From assembly GCA_964503125.1 (NCBI GenBank), contig CAZCZE010000039.1:67203-131202 (forward strand): DNA of 64,000 bases, in the 5' to 3' direction. The notes under the pieces were generated by a model. The model did no database searches, was not told the origin of the DNA, and was given only the letters and a program-made list of their open reading frames with translations. Shown piece after piece: positions 21,735 through 30,645 of this stretch. The stretch is from an uncultured Gammaproteobacteria bacterium (GTDB lineage Bacteria > Pseudomonadota > Gammaproteobacteria > Steroidobacterales > Rariloculaceae). A program made the translations under genes and the position numbers. Each line of letters begins with the position of its first letter. Position 1 is the stretch's first letter.

Positions 21735-22406
21735 CTAAGGACACGTTGCACCGCCTACGGCGAGGGCCGCTACCCAGACATCGACGATCGCCGTTTCGCT
21801 GAGCACCTGGGCGCGTCCGAGGCGGTTGATGAGCACGATGCGCGCGCTCGACAGCGAGCCGGCCGCCATGCGCCGGCCGCGGTCGTCGCAGAAGAGCACG
21901 GCGCGTTCCCCCGGAAAACACAGCCCCGGAGCTTGCCGCGTGAAACCCGTGGGCGCGAACGAGATGTGACCGCAGTTGGTCGATATTCGGACCGATCCAC
22001 CCGGCGCCGCGCCGCGTGTGAGGATGAGCTCCCCGGCGTCGAGCACGGCGTTGCCGTCGGTCGGGTCGGTCAGGATTCGGGCGCCGTCGGCGTCGAGATT
22101 GTTGTTCTCGTCGACCCACACGACGAAGCCGCGCGTGGCGGAATTCATGACGGGACCCGGCGCACAAGTGGGCGCGAGTGCCATGGCGTTGTCGCTCAAG
22201 CACCAGGTAACCGGCGCCTGGCGTTTGACGGCTTCGGTGCGTCCCGTGAGCACGGCCGTCACGAGATCGTTGGCGGCGGCCGTCATCGCACCGTTGCGCT
22301 GGAACTCCATGACGTTCGGCACGCCGATGCCGAACAGGATGCCGGCGACGAGCACCGTCATCAGGAGCTCCCAGAGGGTAAAGCCGAGCTGGTGCGATCT
22401 GTTCAT
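21735..22406 (-). CDS. fimU: GspH/FimT-family minor pilin (FimU position)
   Basis: MNRSHQLG/FTLWELLMTVLVAGILFGIGVPNVMEFQRNGAMTAAANDLVTAV is a prepilin N-terminus plus GspH-like region. First gene of the tightly spaced operon. Confidence 0.7.
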   Translation of the reverse strand: MNRSHQLGFTLWELLMTVLVAGILFGIGVPNVMEFQRNGAMTAAANDLVTAVLTGRTEAVKRQAPVTWCLSDNAMALAPTCAPGPVMNSATRGFVVWVDENNNLDADGARILTDPTDGNAVLDAGELILTRGAAPGGSVRISTNCGHISFAPTGFTRQAPGLCFPGERAVLFCDDRGRRMAAGSLSSARIVLINRLGRAQVLSETAIVDVWVAALAVGGATCP

Positions 22407-22508
22407 GGCCGCGGACTATACGAGGGCGGCGGGCCGCACCGGCCGATGGCCCGACGACCGGCGGTGCCGCTCGGACGAGCGGTCGGCAGGCTCGGTGAGT
22501 TATGTTGC

Positions 22509-23027
22509 CTATGCGCACCGCAGGGGCCGCCCGTCGGCATCGCGATCGGCGACGCGAGGGCGCCCCGTGGGGCTCACGATGACGGCCCGCGCCGCAGCCG
22601 CGCCGCGCCGGTCGCAGAACACCACCGTGCCGTTGATGCTGCGGCGCCGCGGCCGAAACTCGTAGTAGGGCCGGTTGCTCGCAATCGTGCCGGCGAGCTC
22701 GGGCGCATGGGCGTAGAGCAGGGGCTCGTCGCCGGTGCGCTCGGGCGGGTACCGGTCATCGACGTTGACGTAGACCATGAAGCCCGCGCCGAACGCCCCG
22801 CCGCAGCGAACCCGGTCCGCCGTGGGGCAGACGATGACGGGCCGGCCGCGTTTCGCGGCCTCGCTTCGCGCGAGCTGCACGGCGAGCACGAGGGCGTTGA
22901 TGTCGGCCGTCCGGCGGCCGTCGAGCAAGAATTCGCTAAGAGCGGGCGCGCCGAGGCCCAGCACGGTGCCGGCGAGGCCGAGCACGCACAGAAGCTCCCA
23001 AAGCGTGAAGCCCCGAACGCCTCGCAT
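22509..23027 (-). CDS. fimT: GspH/FimT-family minor pilin (FimT position)
   Basis: MRGVRG/FTLWELLCVLGLAGTVLGLGAPALSEFLLDGRRTADINALVLAVQLARSEAAKRG. Separated from fimU by 102 nt. Confidence 0.7.
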   Translation of the reverse strand: MRGVRGFTLWELLCVLGLAGTVLGLGAPALSEFLLDGRRTADINALVLAVQLARSEAAKRGRPVIVCPTADRVRCGGAFGAGFMVYVNVDDRYPPERTGDEPLLYAHAPELAGTIASNRPYYEFRPRRRSINGTVVFCDRRGAAAARAVIVSPTGRPRVADRDADGRPLRCA

Positions 23028-23186
23028 GACGGCCCCCTCCTTGGTCTCGTCGAGCGTCGAGGCTAGCCAGGGAGCGCAAGGGAGTCGACGGCCGAAACTC
23101 TGACAAACAGGGAGTTTCGTGGCTTTGATATCGAGAGCCAGCCGCGGCTATACTTAGCAAGTGACTGATTTTTATGGTATCCCGCT

Positions 23187-23597
23187 ATGACCCGCGAGGA
23201 AGCCGCCCAACTGCTCGTCGCCTGCGGTGTGCTGCCCACCGCGCAGCGCGTCGACATCGCCCTCGTCATGCTCGCGCGGCCGCAGCATTTGTCCGCCGAG
23301 CAGATTATCGCCGCCATCCGAACCGGCGGGCTCAAGATCTCGAAAGCCACCGTCTACAACACGCTCAATCTGTTCCGCGAGCGCGGTCTCGTGCGAACCG
23401 TCGATGTCGATCCGACGCGGCAGTTCTACGATTCGTCCACGAGCGCCCACCATCATTTCTATAATGAGGACACGGGCGAGCTCACGGATATCGCGCCCGA
23501 ATCGGTCGCGCTCGACGTCGGCACCGCGCTGCCCCCGGGCACGGAGCAGACGGGCGTCGACGTCGTCGTGCGCGTGCGTGGCGCGCGCGGCAGCTGA
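23187..23597 (+). CDS. Fur-family transcriptional regulator lacking the C-terminal Cys motifs (Irr-like)
   Basis: 136 aa. Winged-helix part RVDIALVMLARPQHLSAEQIIAAIRTGGLKISKATVYNTLNLFRERGLV. HHHF replaces HHDH. There are no CxxC pairs. Confidence 0.8.
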   Translation: MTREEAAQLLVACGVLPTAQRVDIALVMLARPQHLSAEQIIAAIRTGGLKISKATVYNTLNLFRERGLVRTVDVDPTRQFYDSSTSAHHHFYNEDTGELTDIAPESVALDVGTALPPGTEQTGVDVVVRVRGARGS

Positions 23598-23672
23598 CGC
23601 GCTGCCGAATCTCAAGTCGCTTTCTCTGGTGCGTGGGTGCCGGCGTAAGGCACAATACGCGCCTTTCGCGCT

Positions 23673-23748
23673 GCCGGTGTAGCTCAGTTGGTAGAGCATC
23701 CGCTTCGTAAGCGGGGGGTCGGGAGTTCAAGTCTCTCCACCGGCACCA
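23673..23748 (+). tRNA. tRNA-Thr (anticodon CGT)
   Basis: Hand-folded cloverleaf: acceptor GCCGGTG/CACCGGC, D arm GCTC-AGTTGGTA-GAGC, anticodon arm TCCGC-TTCGTAA-GCGGG, T arm GGGAG-TTCAAGT-CTCTC, discriminator A, encoded CCA. 76 nt. Confidence 0.9.
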
Positions 23749-23850
23749 CCCAAAACAGGGACGCCGCTCCCGATAGTGTTCGCCGTCCTCTGCTGCTAAG
23801 CTCGGACGCCGATGACGTTGCCCGAGCGCGTCGGAAGCCGGGGGAAAGCC

Positions 23851-24444
23851 ATGTCATTGAAGTCGATCGCGATGCTGTTGGCGGCTGCCGCGCTCGGCGC
23901 CTGCTCGCCGGCCGCCCCGCCGAGCCAAGCCGCGGCGACCGCCGAGTGGCAGACGCTGTTCGATGGGACCAGCCTCGAGGGATGGACGCTCGAGGGCGAC
24001 GCCAATTGGCAGATTACGGACGGCGCCGTCGCAGCCGATTCCGGGACCGGGTTCCTGCTCACGAGCGTCTCGTATTCGGACTTCGACCTAGACCTCGAAT
24101 TCTGGGTGACGCCGGACGCCAACAGCGGCGTGTTCATCCGCTGCGCCAACCCACAAGAGATCGGTGCGGCGACTTGTTATGAGGTCAACATCTTCGATCA
24201 GCGCCCGGATCCCGCGTACCGAACCGGCGCCATCGTCAACGTGGCGGAGCCGAGAGTCATGCTCGAAACCGGCAACCGCTGGAACCGCTACGAGATCTCG
24301 GCGCAGGGCCGCAGCCTGGTCGTGAAGCTCAACGGTCAGACGACCGTCGACGTCACCGACGACAAGCTCGCGGCGGGACCGTTCGCCCTGCAGTACGGCG
24401 CGGGACGCGTGATGTTCCGCAATGTGCGCATCCGCACTCGATAG
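23851..24444 (+). CDS. DUF1080 (3-keto-disaccharide hydrolase-like) domain lipoprotein
   Basis: ORF 23812..24444 trimmed to ATG 23851 (RBS GGGGGAAAG). Lipobox LGAC. WQTLFDGTSLEGWTLEGDANWQITDGAV..FDLDLEFWV..NSGVFIR..FRNVRI is the DUF1080 pattern. Confidence 0.8.
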   Translation: MSLKSIAMLLAAAALGACSPAAPPSQAAATAEWQTLFDGTSLEGWTLEGDANWQITDGAVAADSGTGFLLTSVSYSDFDLDLEFWVTPDANSGVFIRCANPQEIGAATCYEVNIFDQRPDPAYRTGAIVNVAEPRVMLETGNRWNRYEISAQGRSLVVKLNGQTTVDVTDDKLAAGPFALQYGAGRVMFRNVRIRTR

Positions 24445-24498
24445 CTCGGCGCTCTAAGTCCGCTCTTTTACGTCCGCTTCGCGAGGAAAGGCTAGCGC

Positions 24499-25113
24499 AT
24501 GTCCGGCCCAGAGCTTCAGCCCCAGACGACTGACGATCTCGGCGATTTCGTAAAAGGTTGGATTCGCAACCCGCTCGCGATCGGGGCCCTGGCACCGAGC
24601 GGCAAGTCGCTGGCCAAGCTCATGGCCAAGGATGTCGGCGCCGGTGCTCGCGTCGTCGAGCTCGGGGCCGGCACGGGAACCGTGACGGCCGCGCTGTTGG
24701 CGAACGGCGTGGCGCCGCGGGACCTGCACCTCGTCGAGCGCGACCTTAAGTTCGTCGAGATTCTCAAACGGCGTTTCCCGCGCTGTCACGTGGTCGCGGC
24801 GGATGCGCTCGAGCTCGATCGACAGCTCGGCACGACGGCGGACTTCGATTTCGTGATCAGCGGATTGCCGCTCCTCTGTTTCTCGCCCGCCAAGCGCGCC
24901 CGGGTGTTCCAGCAGGGCCTGCGGCTCCTGAAGCCGCTCGGCCGGTTGCATCAATTCACCTACGCCGGGCGTTGCCCCATCGACCGCGGCGTGCGCGCCG
25001 ATCTTCGTGTCGACAGCGCCCTGCTCGGGATCGCCGCGCTGAATCTGCCGCCGGCGTTCGTCTATCGCTTCACGCTCAGCGCACGCTCGCTAGCTAGCGT
25101 CCCCGTAGCTTAG
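24499..25113 (+). CDS. Class I SAM-dependent methyltransferase
   Basis: 204 aa. SAM-binding motif I VVELGAGTGTVTAALL followed by LHLVERD (motif II acidic residue). Confidence 0.7.
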   Translation: MSGPELQPQTTDDLGDFVKGWIRNPLAIGALAPSGKSLAKLMAKDVGAGARVVELGAGTGTVTAALLANGVAPRDLHLVERDLKFVEILKRRFPRCHVVAADALELDRQLGTTADFDFVISGLPLLCFSPAKRARVFQQGLRLLKPLGRLHQFTYAGRCPIDRGVRADLRVDSALLGIAALNLPPAFVYRFTLSARSLASVPVA

Positions 25114-25202
25114 GTAAAGACCGCTCGCCGGGTCCGAGCGGCCTGCCGGGCCGCTCGACTGTTCGCGCCGAGCGAGTAACATGACGGGAAAGGCAGGGAG
25201 CC

Positions 25203-26195
25203 ATGCGCTCGAGCGCGATGACGACTATAAGGAAGGGCACGACGGCCGCGATGGCCTCTGTGCTCGCAGCGTGCGCGTCGCACGTGCCCCTTGCCCCCGG
25301 CTACCGCGAGCCCGAAGCTCTGCCGACCGAAGGGCCGCTCGCAGAGCTCGCGGCGCCCGATCTGCCGCTGGAAATCACCGCTGCCGCCGAAGCACGCGAC
25401 CGTGCGCGCTTCGACGTGCGGCGCCTGTCGGTCTCGTCGGTCGCGGAGCCGGGCACGTCGATCGAGTTCGAGTACTACGACGCCGAGGGCGACGCGCGCA
25501 CGCCCGTCGTCGTGCTGCTGCCCATCTTCAGCGGCGCGCCACTGATCCCGCGCTTCTTCGCTCGCTATTTCGCCAATCACGGTTGGGCTGCGGTCGTGGT
25601 GCTGCGCACGCGCGACCCGTTCGAGGTGCTGGTGACGGCTGAAGACGCCGTCGAGAACAATCTCAAGGACTACGGGCGGGTGCTCGACTGGGTCGAGCAA
25701 GAGCCCGAGATCGACTCGTCGCGCGTAGGACTCTTCGGCGTGAGCCTCGGCGCCATGGATGCCGTGATGCTCGCGGCCGTCGATCGGCGCGTCGACGCGC
25801 TCGTCGTCGCCATGGCCGGCGGCGATTTGCCGTACCTCGTGCTCAACACGCGTTACCGCCGCGTGGTCCGCACGGTCGAAGAGCTCACCGACGTCGGTGG
25901 CACGACTCGCGAGGCTTTGAGCGCTCGCCTCGATGCGGAGATCGATATCGATCCGCTCGCGCTCGCGCGCTACGTCGATCCCGAGCGCGTCCTCATGATC
26001 ATGACGCGGACCGACGCCATCATTCCGTTCGAAGCGCAGGAGCGCCTGCGCGAAAGCTTGGGCTCCCCGGAGGCGCTACGCCTCGTGACGGGTCATCGGC
26101 CCTCGGTGATCATGTTCCCGCGCATGCGCAGCGCCGCCTTCGAATTTTTCGCCCGGCAGTTCGCCTTCGAGCCGGTGGCGCTCACGAGCCACTGA
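25203..26195 (+). CDS. Alpha/beta-hydrolase-fold lipoprotein
   Basis: 330 aa. Lipobox VLAAC. Nucleophile elbow GVSLGA. Dienelactone-hydrolase-like layout. Confidence 0.65.
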   Translation: MRSSAMTTIRKGTTAAMASVLAACASHVPLAPGYREPEALPTEGPLAELAAPDLPLEITAAAEARDRARFDVRRLSVSSVAEPGTSIEFEYYDAEGDARTPVVVLLPIFSGAPLIPRFFARYFANHGWAAVVVLRTRDPFEVLVTAEDAVENNLKDYGRVLDWVEQEPEIDSSRVGLFGVSLGAMDAVMLAAVDRRVDALVVAMAGGDLPYLVLNTRYRRVVRTVEELTDVGGTTREALSARLDAEIDIDPLALARYVDPERVLMIMTRTDAIIPFEAQERLRESLGSPEALRLVTGHRPSVIMFPRMRSAAFEFFARQFAFEPVALTSH

Positions 26196-26235
26196 CCCGC
26201 TTGGGACCCCGGGCCGGCGCCATCGGCCCCGTGCT

Positions 26236-26844
26236 ATGGTTGCGGCACTCGGCGGGCTGGAGAACGCAGTGTCGCACCAACCTTCAACCGCGCCCGGCAA
26301 CGACGTCGCCGCCGTGCTGCGCGGGCGTCGCTCGATCGACTTGTTCGCGCCGGACGCCGTGAGCGTGGACCTCATCCGCGACGCCGTCGATGTGGCGCGC
26401 TGGGCACCCAACCACCGCCTCACCGAGCCATGGCGCTTCTATTTGCTCGGGCCCGCCACGAGACGGGCGGTCATCGATTTTGCCGTCGAGCTCGAGACGG
26501 CTGCCAAAGGCGAGCGCGCGGGCGTAGCGCGGCGCACTCGGCTCGACGCGGTTCCCGGCATGTTCGTTCTCACGACGCGCCGCAGCGCCGACCCGTTGCT
26601 CGACCGCGAGGATTATGCAGCCTGCTGTTGTGCGGCCGAGAACCTAATGCTATACCTATGGCAACGAGGTATAGGCGTCAAGTGGACGACGGGCGGGATC
26701 ACGCGGCAGCCGCGGTTCTATGAGCTTCTCGGCGTCGATTCGGCGAGCGAGTCGGTCGTCGGGTTGTTCTGGTACGGCGTGCCGAAGGTCGTCCCCACGC
26801 AGCAGCGCCGGCCCGTCGCGGAGATCGTCACGGAGCTCGCATAG
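26236..26844 (+). CDS. Nitroreductase-family protein
   Basis: LRGRRSIDLFAPDAVSVDLIRDAVDVARWAPNHRLTEPWRFYLL is a typical nitroreductase N-terminal signature. 202 aa. Confidence 0.8.
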   Translation: MVAALGGLENAVSHQPSTAPGNDVAAVLRGRRSIDLFAPDAVSVDLIRDAVDVARWAPNHRLTEPWRFYLLGPATRRAVIDFAVELETAAKGERAGVARRTRLDAVPGMFVLTTRRSADPLLDREDYAACCCAAENLMLYLWQRGIGVKWTTGGITRQPRFYELLGVDSASESVVGLFWYGVPKVVPTQQRRPVAEIVTELA

Positions 26845-26854
26845 GAGGGGTCAC

Positions 26855-27493
26855 GTGAGCACGAGCCTAGCGATCCATCGACTCGAGCCGCAGTCGGCGC
26901 GAGGGCGAGCACGGTTGTCGAAGATCCTCGAAGCGGCAACCCAGCTGTTTCTCAAGGTCGGCTACGAGCAGACGTCGATCGACGCCATACTGCTCGAGAG
27001 CGGTGGCTCGAAATCGACGCTCTACGCCTACTTTCCGACCAAAGAGGATCTGTTCCGAGCCGTCATCGACAACGTCGTCGACAACGACGTCGGCGCCGCG
27101 CCGGACGTCAACGGCAACGCGCGGTTCGTCTTGCTGGAGTTCGCACTGAACCGCATGCGGGCCGTGCTCTCGGCGCGTCACCGGGCCGTCGTCGGGATCG
27201 TCATTGCGGAGCGCGAGCGGTTCCCCGACCTCGCTCGCATCTACTGCGAGCGCGGCCCGACGAAGAGTCATCGGCTGTTGACCACGTACCTCGAGGCGCT
27301 CAAGCGCCGGGACGTGCTGTACTTCGACGACGTCAACGAAGCCGCGGACTTCCTCATCGGCATGATCTTTCAGCGCTGGCACAAGCAGCTCTATTTCGTC
27401 GAGTTGGCGATGCCGACCGAAGCGCTTCTGCGCGAGCACGCCGAGCACGTCGTCACGCGTTTTTTGGCGGCGTTTCGCCCACGACCGAACTGA
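26855..27493 (+). CDS. TetR/AcrR-family transcriptional regulator
   Basis: ORF 26720..27493 trimmed to in-frame GTG 26855 with RBS AGGAGGGG. HTH KILEAATQLFLKVGYEQTSIDAILLESGGSKSTLYAYFPTKEDLF. Confidence 0.85.
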   Translation: MSTSLAIHRLEPQSARGRARLSKILEAATQLFLKVGYEQTSIDAILLESGGSKSTLYAYFPTKEDLFRAVIDNVVDNDVGAAPDVNGNARFVLLEFALNRMRAVLSARHRAVVGIVIAERERFPDLARIYCERGPTKSHRLLTTYLEALKRRDVLYFDDVNEAADFLIGMIFQRWHKQLYFVELAMPTEALLREHAEHVVTRFLAAFRPRPN

Positions 27494-27503
27494 GCGTCGC
27501 TAG

Positions 27504-28118
27504 TCAGAGCGGGACGCCAGGCCGTGCTGCGCCCGCGAGCCACGCCGCGCCCTCCGCATAGAGCTTCGCGACCTCTGGGCCGCGCACGCCGGGTAGCCCG
27601 AGCCTCACGGTGAAGCCCGCTTTGGTTTGGAGATAGCCGAGGTGGCGGTAGCCCTCGGGGAAGCGAGCGAGCAACGCGGCGTCGAGCGTAAGCTTTGCAC
27701 CCGGCGTGACGGGATCGAGGCGGTCTTTCTCGTAGATCGGTTGGCGGCGGACGATGGCCCAACGGCCTTGGCGCTTGGCGAAAAAATCGTAGAACCGCCC
27801 CGTGCACACGACGTCCACGACCACGCCGTCGACGGTGGCGCGCTGGTTGATCGTCATTTTGGTCTGCGCGATCGCGCGCGTGCCGGCGACCTCGACGGTC
27901 GTGCCGCCGAGGAAATGAATGATGTTGACACCGCGCTCGAACCCCGCGCGCCGCGCCTTTTGGAACTCGGTGGCCGGGCCCTGGAACCAGGTGGCCGTCA
28001 TCCAGCCGTCGTCGTGCCACACGGTGGCGAAACGCTGCCAGTCGCCGGAATCGCTCCACAGCACCCAGTTGTCGACGACCTCGCGGATCGCGATCCGGTC
28101 CTCGAGCGCTGCGGACAT
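27504..28118 (-). CDS. Nuclear-transport-factor-2 (SnoaL-like) family protein
   Basis: 204 aa. IAIREVVDNWVLWSDSGDWQRFATVWHDDGWMTATWFQG is an NTF2-like cone-fold pattern. Confidence 0.65.
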   Translation of the reverse strand: MSAALEDRIAIREVVDNWVLWSDSGDWQRFATVWHDDGWMTATWFQGPATEFQKARRAGFERGVNIIHFLGGTTVEVAGTRAIAQTKMTINQRATVDGVVVDVVCTGRFYDFFAKRQGRWAIVRRQPIYEKDRLDPVTPGAKLTLDAALLARFPEGYRHLGYLQTKAGFTVRLGLPGVRGPEVAKLYAEGAAWLAGAARPGVPL

Positions 28119-28123
28119 GACGA

Positions 28124-28513
28124 CTAGCGGATGAAACGGCCGCCGGGACCGCCGGCGCCGCCCGCGGGTGGCGCGGTGCCCGGGACGATGATCGACGACG
28201 CCTGCTCGCGGCGCAGCTCTTCGAGCCGGCGCATCGTGCGGGCCAAAGCTTGTTTCGCGAGCTCACCGAACTTCGCGACGGCATCGTCGAGCGACGTGGC
28301 GGGCACCTCGAAGCTCAGCGGCAATGCGCCGGCGGGCGTCAGCACCTGGGTTTGGCCGACGTAGAGCACGGGTCTCGTGCCGTCGGTCTCTCCTGAAGCA
28401 GTGATCGGAGTAAGCCGCTGGAGCGTCCCGACGCGCCGATCCGTGAACGTCTCTTCGCGGTAGAGACTCTTGTTGTCCATCGCGATTTCGGCATCGCTGA
28501 GCTCGTCTGCCAT
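28124..28513 (-). CDS. Hypothetical protein (129 aa)
   Basis: ORF 28124..28639 trimmed to in-frame ATG 28513 (MADELSDAEIAMDNKSLYREETF..). 5 nt upstream of the NTF2-like gene, so probably co-transcribed. No family recognised. Confidence 0.55.
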   Translation of the reverse strand: MADELSDAEIAMDNKSLYREETFTDRRVGTLQRLTPITASGETDGTRPVLYVGQTQVLTPAGALPLSFEVPATSLDDAVAKFGELAKQALARTMRRLEELRREQASSIIVPGTAPPAGGAGGPGGRFIR

Positions 28514-28654
28514 GGCGTCCTCTCGCATCGTGCCGCGCCCGTCGCGGCGGGGCGCATAGGCTAGCACTTCTCGCGGAAGCGCACATTCGCGCGGGCCGAA
28601 TCTAGCTCGCGACGCCACGAGCTGACATAGTCGCGACAACGACGAGGAGAGTTC

Positions 28655-30637
28655 ATGGGAGCTCGCGCTGCACCCACATTGCGCACGCTGCTGACGCGCC
28701 GGCTCGACCGCCGCCGGCTGCTGGGCGGGGGCATCGAGCTCGCGGCCGCGACCCTGCTCGCGCGCGGCGCCTACGCGCAGAGCGGCGCGGCCACGCCGCT
28801 GCCGCGCGTCGCGCCTTCCAAGGCCGATACCGTGATCGTGCCCGACGGCTACCGTTCGCAGATCTTGCTGCGCTGGGGCGATTCGTTACTCGCGGGTGTG
28901 CCCGCGCTCGATCCACGCGGCGTGGCGTCGGGCTCGCTACTCGCTCCGGAAGCTGCGGCCGCGCAGGCGGCGCAATTCGGCTACAACTGCGATGGCCTCG
29001 GGTTGTTCACGCTCGACTCGGAGCGTCTGCTGCTCTGCGTGAATCACGAGTACCCGTCGCCCGCATTGCTGTTCCCGGGCTGGGTCGAAGCGCGTGGGGC
29101 GAGGGCGCTCGGCGCGTTCGTCCGCGAGCACCCTGCGGCCGTCGCCTACATGCAGGCTGCCGTGGGATTGAGCGTCGTCGAGATCGAGCGCGACTCCGCC
29201 TGGCGCCATCGCGTGGGCTCGAGTTACAACCGCCGCATCACGGCCCACACGCCGATCGAGCTCGCCGGTCCTGCGCGCGATCACCCGTTGCTCAATCCAC
29301 GCAATGAGTCCGTGCCGCGTGCGTTCGGCACGCTCGGCAACTGCGCCGCCGGAACGACACCATGGCGCACGTACCTCACGGCCGAGGAGAACGTCGACGA
29401 CTACTTCGGCAACGGCGCGGCAGCCGCGCTCGATCCCGCGCTTGCGCGCGTCCATCGGCGCTTCGGTTTCCGGCAGCGCGAGAGCGCTTTTCGCTGGGAG
29501 TTCGCCGACGAGCGCTTCGACTCGGCGCGCAACCCGGCCGAGAGCCTCAAGTTCGGCTGGATCGTCGAGCTCGATCCCTCGGCGCCCGAGCGGCCGCTCA
29601 AGAAGCGCACGGCGCTCGGCCGCTTCAAGCACGAAGGCGCGACCACGGTGCTCGCGCGCGACGGCCGTGCGGTGGTCTACATGGGCGACGACCAGCAGTT
29701 CGAGTATTTCTATAAGTTCGTCACCAAGGAGCGCTTCGATCCGCAGCAGCCTGAGGCCAACCGCGATCTGCTCGACGAGGGCACGCTCTACGTCGCGCAG
29801 TTTCGCGACGACGGCAGCGGCGAGTGGCTGCCGCTCGTGCACGGCGCGCATCCCGAGCTTGCCGTGGAGAGCGGCTTCGCTTCGCAAGGCGACGTGGTGT
29901 TGCGTTGCCGAGAGGCCGCCGATCGCGTCGGGGCGACACCGCTCGATCGGCCCGAGGGCGTTGCGGTCAACCCGCGAACCGGCAACGTCTATCTCGCCTG
30001 CACGCAGAACCTGGATCGCGACGGCGGCGTCGTCATGGTCGGCGGCCGCGAGCTCGACACGCGTACGGATGGGGCGAGCCCTCGCGCGCCGAACGCGGCC
30101 GGCCACATCCTCGAGCTCATCGAGCAGTACGCAGATGCCGCGGCAACGACGTTTCGCTGGGAGATCTTTCTCCTGTGCGGCGCGCCGACCGCCGCGCAGC
30201 TCGTGACCGCATTACCGGCCGAGCATTCGGGGTCGCTCGCCGCCGAGCTGACTTACTTCGGCGGCGCGGGCGAGGCCGGCGAGCTCAGCGCTTTCGCCAA
30301 CCCCGACAACTTGGGGTTCGACGCCGACGGCAATCTCTGGATCGTGACCGACGGCAACCAGCCCGGGGGCAACAACGACGGCTGTTTCGTGTGTCCCACC
30401 GAAGGTTCGGAGCGAGGCCAGGTCCGTCAGTTCATGAGCGGACCCGTCGGCGCCGAAGTCTGCGGCTGCGAGTTCGCAGGCGATGGGCAGACGCTATTCC
30501 TCGCGCTGCAACATCCCGGCGAATCGGGTTCGGCCACGCGGCCGCAAAGCACCTGGCCCGACGGCGGCGAGGCGGGGCCGCGCCCGAGCGTCGTGACGAT
30601 CGAGCCGATCGACCCGGGCCGGAGATTCGGCAGCTGA
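28655..30637 (+). CDS. phoX: PhoX-type (DUF839) alkaline phosphatase, Tat-exported
   Basis: Twin-arginine leader LDRRRLLGGGIELAAATLLARGAYA. NCAGGTTPWRTYLTAEEN and C-terminal FANPDNLGFDADGNLWIVTDG are typical of PhoX/DUF839. Confidence 0.8.
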   Translation: MGARAAPTLRTLLTRRLDRRRLLGGGIELAAATLLARGAYAQSGAATPLPRVAPSKADTVIVPDGYRSQILLRWGDSLLAGVPALDPRGVASGSLLAPEAAAAQAAQFGYNCDGLGLFTLDSERLLLCVNHEYPSPALLFPGWVEARGARALGAFVREHPAAVAYMQAAVGLSVVEIERDSAWRHRVGSSYNRRITAHTPIELAGPARDHPLLNPRNESVPRAFGTLGNCAAGTTPWRTYLTAEENVDDYFGNGAAAALDPALARVHRRFGFRQRESAFRWEFADERFDSARNPAESLKFGWIVELDPSAPERPLKKRTALGRFKHEGATTVLARDGRAVVYMGDDQQFEYFYKFVTKERFDPQQPEANRDLLDEGTLYVAQFRDDGSGEWLPLVHGAHPELAVESGFASQGDVVLRCREAADRVGATPLDRPEGVAVNPRTGNVYLACTQNLDRDGGVVMVGGRELDTRTDGASPRAPNAAGHILELIEQYADAAATTFRWEIFLLCGAPTAAQLVTALPAEHSGSLAAELTYFGGAGEAGELSAFANPDNLGFDADGNLWIVTDGNQPGGNNDGCFVCPTEGSERGQVRQFMSGPVGAEVCGCEFAGDGQTLFLALQHPGESGSATRPQSTWPDGGEAGPRPSVVTIEPIDPGRRFGS

Positions 30638-30645
30638 GGTGCGTT

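Noticed and set aside
23028-23186. Sigma54 (TGGCAC-N5-TTGC) promoter upstream of fimT in the fimT/fur divergent region.
   Set aside because: The only TGGC-containing stretch (TGGCTCTCGATATCA on the minus strand) lacks the -12 GC element at the correct spacing.
23673-28640. A tRNA-Thr-adjacent genomic island (DUF1080, methyltransferase, hydrolase, nitroreductase, TetR, NTF2 genes).
   Set aside because: There is no integrase, no direct repeat of the tRNA 3' end, and no visible GC shift. The genes look like ordinary high-GC chromosomal accessory metabolism.
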